This document shows, piece after piece, positions 49,101 to 60,554 of a stretch of 64,000 nt of DNA; within the stretch, counting starts at the first letter, position 1; each line of letters opens with the position of its first letter. This stretch comes from Mesotaenium endlicherianum (lineage: Eukaryota). The stretch lies in NCBI GenBank assembly GCA_009602735.1, contig WELA01000730.1:89583-153582 (forward strand). Reading direction: 5' to 3'. A program made the position numbers and the translations under genes. The notes beneath the pieces are model-generated. The model did not search any database. It saw nothing but the letters and a program-made list of their open reading frames with translations, and had not been told where the DNA came from.

Positions 49101-49723
49101 ACGGAGGGGCAGGCTGCAGGGCGGCGTTGAGTGGCAGGTGGTGGCAGGTGGGGGTCCCACGTAGAGGCTGAGCTCCAAAAAGGCTGCAGCTGCTGCAGCA
49201 GAAAACAGGTGCGGCTGCAGGGCTCAACAAGGAGGTGGCGGCTACTTCCTTGCTTTTCACGAGGCTCAGGATGCCACAAATGAGCCGGAGTGCGGGTGCG
49301 AGCCGGGGGGTAGGGGGCGCGNNNNNNNNNNNNNNNNNNNNNNNNNNNNNNNNNNNNNGGGGGGGTGGGAGGGGGGGGGTCAACACGGCAGTGGCGGCTG
49401 CTTTTTCACCACTTCGACATGTCTTGCAGCCTGAGCTCAGAAGAGAGGCTGCTGTGCTGCTGCTGGGATTGCTGGGGCTGCTGCGGCTGTGCTGCTGCTG
49501 GGGCGGGGGGCAGGCTTCAACGCGGCGGTGGCGGGGTGCTTCTTTGCAGTGGAGTCGGTGCTGCGCGCGTCCAGCGGGGAGGCGTCGGCCGCGTCGCTCA
49601 CCACCGCCATGATCCTGCTCAGCTCCGTGCTGGCCGCCGTCGTCTCGCAGGCGGGCCTGGGCCCTGCCTTCCACGTGCCCGCCTACGAGTTCCGCTCCCC
49701 CGCCGGTGCGCCTGCGCTCTCCA

Positions 49724-49816
<93 letters not shown>

Positions 49817-52800
49817 NTTCTGCCCCTCCGTTGCCCCTCCTGTGCTTTCCGCACCTCCCGGACCCCGTCTTGTCCGGGGGCTCCCTCTTCGGGCACTGCG
49901 GCGGTCAGGCGAGCGACGTGCCGAAGGAAAGGATCGACTGCGGTTGCCCGCGGCGCAGCGGCTCGTTTTTGCTTCTGCGCTGTCCGCGTCCGCTTGTCAG
50001 GCCCACAGCAGCCTTGCTCTTGCGGGTGCGCCATGTGCTGCGTGCGTGCGGCCGTGCTTGAAGACAGACCTGGAGAGGAGCCAGCTCCGCCCTTGCCGCC
50101 CCCGCCCTGTCGCCCTCGATCTGGGGGTTAACATTGTGAAATGTAGGCACGCGGTGGCGGTTTGCGGGGGTTGGAGGAAGGGGGGGGGGCGGAGCAAAGT
50201 CCCTGGCGGTCACTCGCAATACAGATGCTCCAGCTTGGCCTCTGTTGCCCAGTCCATTCCATACTGGATCAATCTTGAGAGCGTGCCTCACCCAATCTGC
50301 TTTGGTGATTATGCGACACACACCTTTTCAGGGCAAGGGGGGAGGAAGGAGAGTGGGGGCGGGGGGGGAGGTTGGCTGACTTGCCGCTGCACCTGGCCCT
50401 CGGCATGCCCCCCTGCCCCTGCCATGGCACGACAAGCAATGGCACTCTCAATAAGTGAGAAAAGAGTTCTTCTGTGGTGCTCATCTTGGGGACATTTGGG
50501 TCGGGGGTCGGTGGCGGAGCCCTTGATGTGCAGAGCTGCCCCTATACCTGGCGCTGGGCATGTTGTGTGGCGGAGTCTCCATCGCACTCACGCGCGCGTC
50601 AGCCTACGCCACACAGGCCTTTGACCTCCTCCGCCGCACCTCCGGCGTGCCCTCATACGCGCTGCCGCCACTTGGCGGCCTGGGCGTGGGGCTCATTGCG
50701 CTGGCGTACCCCGAGGTGCTCTACTGGGGCTTTGCCAACGTGGACATTTTGCTGGAGTCGCGGCCGCTCATGCACGGCGCGCCCAGCGGCGCGCTCCTGC
50801 TGCTCCAGCTGGCGGGCGTGAAGGTGGTGGCGACGGCGCTCGCGCGCGGGTCGGGCCTGGTGGGGGGGGTGTACGCGCCCTCGCTCTTCATCGGGGCGGC
50901 GCTTGGCTCGGCGTACGGGCGCTTTGCCAGCATGGCGGTCACGTGGGTTGACCCCGAGTACCACATCACGTGGATCCAGGTGGCGGCACCGCAGGCCTAC
51001 GCGCTCGTACGTCGTCTCAGCCGGACCCCCCCTCTACCTTCCCTCCTCTCCTCTGCTCTCTCTTCTCCTCTCTTCTCCTCTCCTCTCTCCTCTCCTCTCT
51101 TCTCTCCAGCCCTGTCTCCCTTGCTCGAGCCTGGTGCTGGACCTGGAGTGGCAGTGCATGGGTGAGACGGATGCGCACGAGGGTGGTGGGGACTCTCCCT
51201 GGGATCGTCCGAGGAGCCAGGCAGTAAGCCGGGCCCCGCGTCCCGAGGGCTTCTCCTTCTCCCTCGCCTTCTGCTTCCCCCTGCTTGTGTGGGGCTGAAC
51301 CAGTTGAGCTCACGCCTCAGGCAGGTGTGCTGCTCCTGCAATGCTCCTCTGCTCTGCTCTGCTCTTCTGCGGTGAAGTCGTCGCAGAGAGACATGGAGCT
51401 CTGCTGCTCTGACCCACCAGGCGCCGAGTCCGCCTGTCCCTGACAGGCCACCGTGCTTGCGCGCGTGCACGCGTGTGCGCTCGCAAGCGTGTGCGTATGA
51501 GTGTGCGTGCATGTTACATGCCTGCCTGCCTGCCAGCTTGCCTGTGTGCATGCGTGCGAGTGTGTGTGACTGCGTGCAGGTGTGCACGCGCAGGTGCGTA
51601 CCTCCCGCTTTCGGCTGTCGGCTTCTGACGTGCAGCCCGCATGTTCGTGCGTATATGTCTGCTGCGCTGCGATGCAACGAGGGCCAGGTGGGCATGGCGG
51701 CCACGCTGGCGGGCGTGTGCCAGGTGCCGCTGACGTCGGTGCTGCTGCTGTTTGAGCTCACGCACGATTACCGCATCATCCTGCCCCTCATGGCCGCCGT
51801 CGGCATCGCCTCGTGGACGGCCTCTCTCAGCAGCAGCAGCAGCAAGCGCCGCACGCAGCCCCGCCGTAAGCTCCACCTCCACCCCCGCCCCCCCCTCCCC
51901 CGGCGCCGTGCTCCTCTCCACGTACACCTTCCTTGCCTTTGCCTCCACTTGCACCTCCACCTCCACCTCCACCTCTGCCTCTGCCTCCATCTCTGCCTCT
52001 GCCTCTGCTTCGGCGCCTCCTCTACAGTAGCTCTCCGCTCCTGGGGAGAAAGGGGGAAGGGGGGGGGAGGGGGCTGCAGGCCCACACGTTCTGGCGCCTG
52101 CACGAGTTGAGGGGAAGGAAGGAAGCGTTGCCCTCGTGCCAGCTAGCAGTCCTCTGACTGTGTGGTGGCCGTTGACGTGGACGTTGTGGCTGCAGGTGCA
52201 CGCATCCAGGTGCGCCCTTCCTCAGTCTCTGCGGCGACATCTGGCACGAGCACGGCCCCCGCCACTGCCACCGCCGTTGCCATCGATCCCGCAGCTGCTC
52301 TGCTCCTCGCAGGCACCTCGCCGCTGGCGGCCTCTGCCTCCAGCTTAGACTCGCAGGGCGGTAGCGGGGTAGCAGGAGCAGGCGAAGACTCAGCGCTTGT
52401 GGCGGGGACAGCGGCACAGGCACCGGCACTGTCACCGGCAGCGTCGCAGGGATCAGCAGCGGCAGCGACAGTGGTGGAGGCACAGGCAGTGGCAGCGGCG
52501 GTGGCAGCGGCACAGGCGCAGACGCAGGCAGAGGGCGAGCGGGAGGAGATGGACGAGCTGTGCCTGCTGGACGGCTCGCTGTGCCTGCCGGACGCGGAGG
52601 AGCTGCTGGAGGAGGAGCTGCTGCTGGAGGTGCTCACGGTGGGCGCCGCCATGCGCACGCAGTTTGCGCACGTGCGCCTCGACAGCACGGTGCAGGAGGC
52701 GGTGGGCGAGATGGTGCGCGGGCGCGAGTGGTGCTGCCTCGTGCTGGGGCACGAGCGCCAGCTGCGCGGCCTGCTCACGCTCGCCGACGTGCAGCAGGAG

Positions 52801-53786
52801 GCGCAGCGCTACTACTCCGCCGGAGGAGCCGCTGCCGGGTCAGCTGCCGAGACTCAGGTGAGATACGGCACCCCTGCCCTCCCTCCTCTCCCCCCCCCNA
52901 TGATAATGACAGGAGGCGCAGCGGATATGCTGCCAGAGCTACCGATGAAGCTGCTGCAGAGGTGGGTAATTGGGAGTCGACTGCGCTCCCCTACCTTACC
53001 CCCCCTCCCGACCCGCTCTTGCTTGCAGTCGGTAGCGCCAGCCTGCCAGCATGATTGCGGCATCACCATATCAGTCAGCCCGGAGTTGCCCCTTCTCCAG
53101 CCCCTCCTCCCTTGCACACTGCAGTGCTGGACTCCACTCCACTGAACCGCGCCACGCTCCCAGCATCATACAGCTCTCGGCCAGGAGTTGGTTGTCTTCG
53201 GGTGTTGCGTCAGGGTGCGCAACAGGTTGCCTGCGACTGCAATGCACTTTGCTCACAACCCCAGGCACTGGCTATGCATCGTTCCGGGTGTGATTGGCTG
53301 AGCGTCGCGGGCAGTGGGAGAGGGATGGTTGCTTGTTACGCACTGGGAATGCACTGCGTGCACTCCATCTCTTCTATTAGTTCTGGTCTCACCCTCCCTC
53401 CTTCCCAGGACTACAGCAAATAAGCAGGGGGGCGCCAGTCTCGCTGTTGCGGGCAGGCCGTGGCGCTCTTCCTGACTGCCACCTGGTGCATGAGCAGGAC
53501 GAGCTGGTGGAGATGCTGCCAGTGACAGCTGTGTGCAACGGCCTCGTCAGCGACAGCGAAGGCGATGGCTCCAGCTCCGAGCTCGTGACTGTGCAGCCAG
53601 ATGTCACGCTCCGGGCTGCCCAGCGCCTGATGACTCCCCGGGGCCTGCGTCAGCTGCCGGTGGTGGCTCCTGCAGCGCCAGATGGTAGCGGGCCCCAGCA
53701 CGTGGTCGGCATTCTCGACCGAGATTGCATCGCTCTGGCCTGCAGGTACCGAGCAGGCACACCTACATGCCCTCTCAAGCAGACAG

Positions 53787-53834
<48 letters not shown>

Positions 53835-54068
53835 NNNNNNNNNNNNNNNNNNNNNNNNNNNNNNNNNNNNNNNNNNNNNNNNNNNNNNNNNNNNNNNNNN
53901 NNNNNNNNNNNNNNNNNNNNNNNNNNNNNNNNNNNNNNNNNNNNNNNNNNNNNNNNNNNNNNNNNNNNNNNNNNNNNNNNNNNNNNNNNNNNNNNNNNNN
54001 NNNNNNNNNNNNNNNNNNNNNNNNNNNNNNNNNNNNNNNNNNNNNNNNNNNNNNNNNNNNNNNNNNNN

Positions 54069-54157
<89 letters not shown>

Positions 54158-54519
54158 TTTACACACTCACACACATACACATACAAGCTTTGCTTCTCGC
54201 TGCTTGGTGCTTGCTGTTTGCTGCCAGCTGTCCCTCTTCCAGCTGGCCGTGCCCGCGTCCATCTACTCATTGAATGTTTGTAAATATGATATGGAAACAA
54301 GAGGTTATACGTTGGGGCTCCCGCTGCATCCATGTGTTGGGTTCAATACTGCAAGCAAAGAGCACTAATGAGCCCCTTTCTGCCGCGCGCGTGCGTGTAT
54401 GGGTGTGTGTGTTGTGTGCGTGTGCGCGCTTGTGCGTGTGTGTTGGCAGGGCGGAGTCGACACAGCGCCTGCTCGCGCGCCTGCAGGCCTCCAGCCCGGT
54501 CGTGGCCGCAGCTCCATAA
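46157..54519 (+). CDS. CLCe: CLC-e type chloride channel (plastid/thylakoid) with C-terminal CBS domains, ~8 exons
   Basis: Transit-peptide-like N-terminus. Motifs: GTGNSLGPEGPSVEIGASIA, GFNAAVAGCFFAVESVL, ELPLYL, YWGFANVDILLESRP, GLVGGVYAPSLFIG, VGMAATLAGVCQVPLTSVLLLFELT, ELCLLDGSLCL, CBS repeats. GNSLG/AVESVL/VCQVP distinguish CLC-e from CLC-f. Exons ~46157-46990, 48012-48417, 49514-49705, 50534-51006, 51688-51865, ~52197-52857, ~53456-53745, 54450-54519. Confidence 0.93.
53791..54182. repeat. (TC)n/(AC)n microsatellite flanking an assembly gap in the last CLC-e intron
   Basis: Directly visible dinucleotide runs on both sides of N gap 53835-54068. Confidence 0.9.
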
Positions 54520-56235
54520 GGGGAGCTAACACCACCCTAGGGCACCACTCCCTCTCTTAACGCGCCCGAGGGCTCACCTCTGAGCTACCCGCTTTTGTTG
54601 ACCCAATCTCAACCTCTCTAAACATGAACTTGGCGGGCGCCGCCAAGTGAAGCTCCCTGCCTGCCATTTGGCGCGCACCCCTTGTGAATTGGCAGGCTCC
54701 CTTTCAGTGCTGTGCCTGCCGGGAAGGTCCTTCTGCAACCTGGCTGAAGTGGTCAATGCATACAAGGTACTTGTGGATCTTGCCGAGAGGATTCTGCGTT
54801 TCATTGCATGATGCTGCACTGACTTCTGCACACTGAATGTGCTAGGATATCTCAAGTTTTTTTGTCTTTTTTGTTTTTTCTGGTTACTTTGATGTTTAAG
54901 TTATGGGCTCCTCATCCGTAATTTTGTGTTGCAATCTGCACATTTACAAATTTTTTATTTGACGCGACATCGTTCAAGGAGATGGGCACTAGCGGCAGGT
55001 TGCGTTATTTGCTCATTAGTTCTTTCTCTCACTTGTGCTTGCAGAGTACTCCCAACGCAGAGCAGCTGCATATCCTTCGGCGGTGCGGGTAAGTATGCTG
55101 CAGGAGAGAAGTTGGGGCATTGCCTGATGCAGCGGAGCAGAGTTGAAAACGGGGAGCACTGCAGCTCAGATTTAAACGGGGGAGCACCGCAGGGGAGCAC
55201 TGCGGTGTGGAGGATTGGAGCAAGAACGTCACCAGCTATGAATTCAAGGTCTGTGGCATCATAAATGCCGCAAACCAATATAAGACAATATTGACGATGA
55301 AAAGCAATATATTCACATGCATGCATTTATTCGAGTTCTGCCCAGAGCACCTCATAATAAATCTATCATTTAGAACGGCGCTTTTGTATTTGTAGGCAGC
55401 ACATTACTTGCTGCACTTATCTCATGCGCCAGTCACACATTGTTTACTATCGCTTACATCAAACAACAGATTGAAAACGTCTACATACCCCTGTAAGTAG
55501 TCTTGAAACCTTACCGGCTTTGTTCCTAAAATTGATCATCAGCTCACATGTGATGTTACTGGGGACTGTCCACCCACCATTTCCACTGGCATTATCCAAA
55601 AATATCCGTGGTCTTTTCAATATCAAGCAAGTTGCAATCAAAGGCAACCATCATTCATACATATGTTTCATTCATGTACATTCTCGATCGTGGCCGGTTG
55701 CACAGCCTGGAAGAGTGACTATTGTTCACAAAGCACTCCTTCGAGAAAACCACTCATGCTGCTCAATTTAATATTACCTGGGGCTTTCGACAGAAGGCTT
55801 TTAGCATGCTACACACAAGCAACGAAGAACAGTAGCACGGCTTTGAATGCAATGGACGAAGAGCAGAAGTGCAGCTTTGAACGTAAATACGTATAAATAT
55901 TGCTGCCAAAATCAAGTGCAAATTACCTTGCAGGAAACCATCACATGGGTCAACCAGTGCCTAATAGGCAACATGCTATATGTACAGATTGAAGCTACAC
56001 CACATATAATATACAGCTACTTTTTACATCCTCTAAAACGTAAGCTTAGATGAGCTACTGAGCATCCATTGGACCTGACCTCAAGACACTCTCCACACAA
56101 GAAAAAACTCACCCCCCACTAAATTGCAGGTAAAGGTCAAGTTGGGTTTAGTGGGCTACAAAATATACAGACTGCAAAACTCTTCGACAGACTCTAAGCG
56201 AGGTCCAGAGAACCCATCATAGGACACTCGTATCA

Positions 56236-57226
56236 CTACTCCGCTTGATCCACCAGCACTTTCTTCACTACCTTGGGACTGCTGTCGACCCTGTTGCCGC
56301 GACTGCAAAACAAACAAGCACGCAATTCAATCCCTCCTGTTTCAATATATGCACCTCATAGCAAAACGAATGTTCCTGCTGCAGTAACCAACCCGTCAAC
56401 AATTCTACAGCGCAGACATGATATAGAATCACAGGCAAGCCCTAGAGATACATCGACATCATGTTACACAAGTGGGACCGTGCTCTACATTTGAAACTTG
56501 ATGCAGAGCTGGCAGACAAATTCCCATGAAAGCCCTCTACTACTGCAACAAGTATGGAGCTTGTGAATTTGAGCTCAAATTGCAGTCCAGCAGTCCAGCA
56601 GGCCCTGGGGTCATACAAAATTTGTGCTCACCTTCCTTCAATTCCGGGAACTAGTCCTTCGTCCTCATCATAGTTGGGGTCGTTCTTATCGAGCACCTCC
56701 ACGTAGTCTTCCTCTTGACCAGGAGCCCCCCAATTGTACTTTCCTCCACTCCCACCTGCAGGGAAATGTATTCAATTTGTATTGAGATGTTAGCCCACGC
56801 TGACGCATCAACGTAAGTAACATACACACATGCAGCAGCCAACGAAATCGCAAAATATATCCCATACAAGTTAGTCAAGCATCAAGCATACAACAGAAAA
56901 TGGTAGTGCAACAACTCACCTTTCTTCGGGTCGTTCTTGAGACCAGCAGCTGCCAAAATAAATAGAAGACAGAGGAAGTGGTCGATAACTGCACCTATTA
57001 AGTTATTTACTTCCAAAATGTTCAAGTCAGTTGGCCTGGAATTGACAGGAAAGACAACAGTTTTCTCAGCAAGTCTCTAACGTACTAAATCCACAAGAAG
57101 AGAAAATCAAGTTCAATTTTGTGTACCTGAATGTCTCTCTTGACGCTCAGCCCCCTTCTGCACGTTCTTTCTATGAGTGTGATCGTCAGCAGAATCACGA
57201 CCAGCGGCATGCCCGGTGCTCTTCAT
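56236..57226 (-). CDS. 106-aa four-exon microprotein carrying the PDCD4/SERBP1(HABP4)/Stf2-type 'KKGGxGGKxNWG..DxNDPNYD' motif
   Basis: Exons 57226-57127, 56949-56920, 56755-56632, 56302-56236, all GT-AG and in frame (321 nt). Translation: MKSTGHAAGRDSADDHTHRKNVQKGAERQERHSAAGLKNDPKKGGSGGKYNWGAPGQEEDYVEVLDKNDPNYDEDEGLVPGIEGSRGNRVDSSPKVVKKVLVDQAE*. Confidence 0.8.
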
Positions 57227-57625
57227 GGTGTTCAAGCAAATAGTCTGACACCCCTAGACGCCAATTCTTCAAGGTGAGAAGCTACTCGAAATTCTCGTCA
57301 TGAAATTACTCACGAGAATGTCATGGAAGGTACCAAAATTAAACTTTGCTCCTCAGCAGCAGAGCTATATATGGGCATTTCTATGCACCTTTTCCCTTCC
57401 GGACTGGGTCGGGACTTGCATAGGGGCCTGTTCAGCTAGCTGGTCGTACCAACAGATCTACACGACATAGGCTGACATAAGCTTCCCCGTGCACCTCGTG
57501 CTTCTCACGCTTCCCGCGACGCGATTCCCAGCAATTCCTAGACTGCACTTGCTTGCCAGATCAGCATAGACTCCAACCTGTAAAGTTGACCGAAGATATC
57601 ATGTTGGAGCATGTTGGAGTTACTA

Positions 57626-57695
57626 AACTTACCCAAACTTACCCAAACTTACCACTACTTACCACTGCTTACCAGCTGCTTACCACCAATTACCC
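57626..57695. repeat. ~10-bp tandem repeat with core (C/A)TTACC x7
   Basis: aaacttaccc aaacttaccc aaacttacc actacttacc actgcttacc agctgcttacc accaattaccc. Confidence 0.75.
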
Positions 57696-60554
57696 ATGCC
57701 ACTTCACCTGTAGCCGACATCAAAGACAACTTCCCCTCTTTGACTTGACTGCGCTGTACAGTAGATTGTACTCTTATTGAGGGACGCTTGTACCAAAAGT
57801 ACAGTTCTGGGAAATAAAGCTTCCACTTCATGTAAACTTACAATTTGACCAGTCAATATGAAGTTTGAAATAAAGAAATTTTCTGCATGTTCACACGAAG
57901 CTAGACCACAGATGTGTAATCCATAAGTCCTCCAAAATATGATGTTCTGGTATATGAAACATATCAAACTAAACTTGCGATAGACAAACAAAAAAATTTC
58001 ATAATCTATCTAAGTAACTAAACTTGTCTTTTTGGTTTTGCATTTTTACATAATGTGTGCATGATTAAAGGTCATGTGCAAAGTGAAGAGAATACACAAT
58101 TTAAGGACGAGCTTATTGTGTTGCTTGGTCTCAAGACTGAGATCTCCAATGAGGAGTTTGGTGGAAGGTTGGGCCCCAGCAAAACTCTATTTGAGGCGGG
58201 CTGCCAAGCTGAAGTCGCGCGTGTTTTTCTCGTCTCTCGAGGCACAGTCAAGCTTATGTGGTGCCTCCTATGATCTTCGTCGCCGTGGCAACTCAGCCGG
58301 GCAATCGTGCGAGTGGACCAAGTCCTAAACTTGGTCGTTCACGTAGTACCTTTCGAACTCTTCGATGCGTTGTGGCCATCTCTGGCCCGACAATCGGTGG
58401 ATCGAAATTTGACCTGGCTTGTTCATCTTACCTATCCCATAATATTAAGTTTGCATACTGTACACGTAATGCATCCCGCTTGACAGAGTCTTGGTCTTAG
58501 TCCAGGTCAGTTTGACCTTCCTTGGTCTTCCGAGGTTAATTTGGAACCAGTGCCGTACTTGACCTGCCACAATTTTCGCTACCTTGTCAGGCAAAGTGGC
58601 CTAGAACTTCAGCACAAGTCACTCCATTTTTTTTTGAGTAGATCTTAAGACGCGTCACGCACATGCCCCAATTCAAACATGACAGGGGGTCAGCCTCCAT
58701 GGGCAAATGGGTTTTATCATGTTTGGGACGCCTTGAACCTGCGATCGAGCGCCTTAGGCGCTTCGTTTTCTCCACTCCAGAGCAGGTCCAATCTTGAGAC
58801 GTCGACGAGTCAAGCGAACTAAGTGTGCGCAACTTGACGGCACGTGAAAAACAACATATTCTTGAGAACTTTATCATTTTGTGGTTCAAACATGTTTTTA
58901 ACAACTTGAAACAGGTCTTAAGCCACTCCACTGTAACGAGCTTGACACGAACTTGAAATGTTGGAGTGGGTTCATAACGACTTTAGGAGTGTCATAATTT
59001 TCGTGTTGTACCTTATTTCACTTAATTTTATATTTGGTAGTTCATTAATGGTCCACCAACAAGTACTTCACCAACTTTGACAATTGTACATTTTGAATTG
59101 TGCACAAGTAGCCCTCTTACTTTTTGAGCTGAAATCCCACATTAAGCTCACACATCGTGTACGACTACCAACCGCCTCTTTCAAAACCCCCATTTCAATT
59201 TCCACTCACAATCTTCACGTTTTCAAACAACTAACAAGTTTGATCGTGTTGCAAGTAGGTGACTCACATAATTACAAACTTGGGTTCTAGAAGTCTGGTT
59301 AACTTTGAACATAGGAGTTTGTACACTTTGGAGATGACTCTAGTTATTTAATGTTCATGGCTTTATCAAAGGTGCGGAGGTAAATTTTACGGAAATGAAT
59401 TTTATGAGACTTACTGATTGAATACATTATGCGAATCGATCAACATTTTGAATAACAAGAACGCATCTAGACCGACATTTGACATTTAAATTAGGTTGGT
59501 AAATTGCGTAGTGTCCATGTCGGGTGAAATTGTAATCGGATATGATAAAGCTTCTAAAATATTTTGAACTTTAATTCCTAAACGTTCAAAAAGGTACTCA
59601 AGGAAAGCGCAAATCAAGTGGCCGGTCTCAAGGGCCTCGCGAGGCCTTGAGAGCCTAAAAAAATCTAGTTGCACTACCAAACTACCGAGTACCTTTCGTT
59701 TTACTTAAACCGCCTTCGATCGCCGTTAAGTGCATGCTTCTAATTCGCTTGAAACTATGCCCAGTTTCTTACGTACCAGATAATACCCGAGAGGTTATTT
59801 CCCGTACCAGAATTCTACCTACCTCATAACGTGCCCTACTGTCCGCGTACCATGAAGACCGCCGTAAACAATATTCACCCGTCAAAGCCAGTCAAAGCGA
59901 TTCCTCAGAATGTCATACTTCAGTGTGAACCAGTGTGAACGACGACGCACTTTTGACGTGGATTGGCGACAGGCCAGAAGCATGTCGACGTGGTATGCTG
60001 TAATCCAGATTTAATACGTTCGCTTTCATGTTTTATTCCAATTTTTTCGACCATATTTTTGGATCCTGCCACCCGTGACCCCAGCTCACTCACCGATCTC
60101 AGGACCAGTCGGGAGTTGGGACCAGTCGAGACTGACGTGAGTGGAGACGTCTGGACTGCAACCTCGAGGGAGGGCCGGGTGTGCGTGTGCATGGCTGTGC
60201 CTGGCTGTGCCCGTTTCAGAGCACCTCAGGAATATACTGTTGTACGCTTTTTGAAACTTGGATCAGGCAAGAAGAAAGCACGAGCCTCCTGCTTCCCGCC
60301 TGAGAATTGTAGGGTTGATTGTGCTCGTACAACTCACACGAGACATTAAATGTCGTTACTTCCTACTCGCAGTCATGTCGTGCTTGATCGTGGCAGTGTC
60401 AATCGAAGAGCAACCGGCCAGTTTTGCACCAGTTCTCTTCACTTCCCAGGGCAAAGCTCATACTCTTGCTGAGGTCTATAGAAGAGCCATGCAAGGTGTT
60501 CACTGTCATGAGCTTTCCAAATAACAAAAGTAGCTGCAGTTACAAGTGTTTGTC

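Noticed and set aside
49725..49816. Poly-proline coding tract
   Set aside because: A ~90-nt poly-C run just inside a CLC-e intron next to an N; intronic, and its length is probably unreliable.
57750..59750. Transposon or gene in the AT-richer intergenic region upstream of the ankyrin-RCC1 gene
   Set aside because: No terminal repeats, TSD or recognisable coding motifs found by eye.
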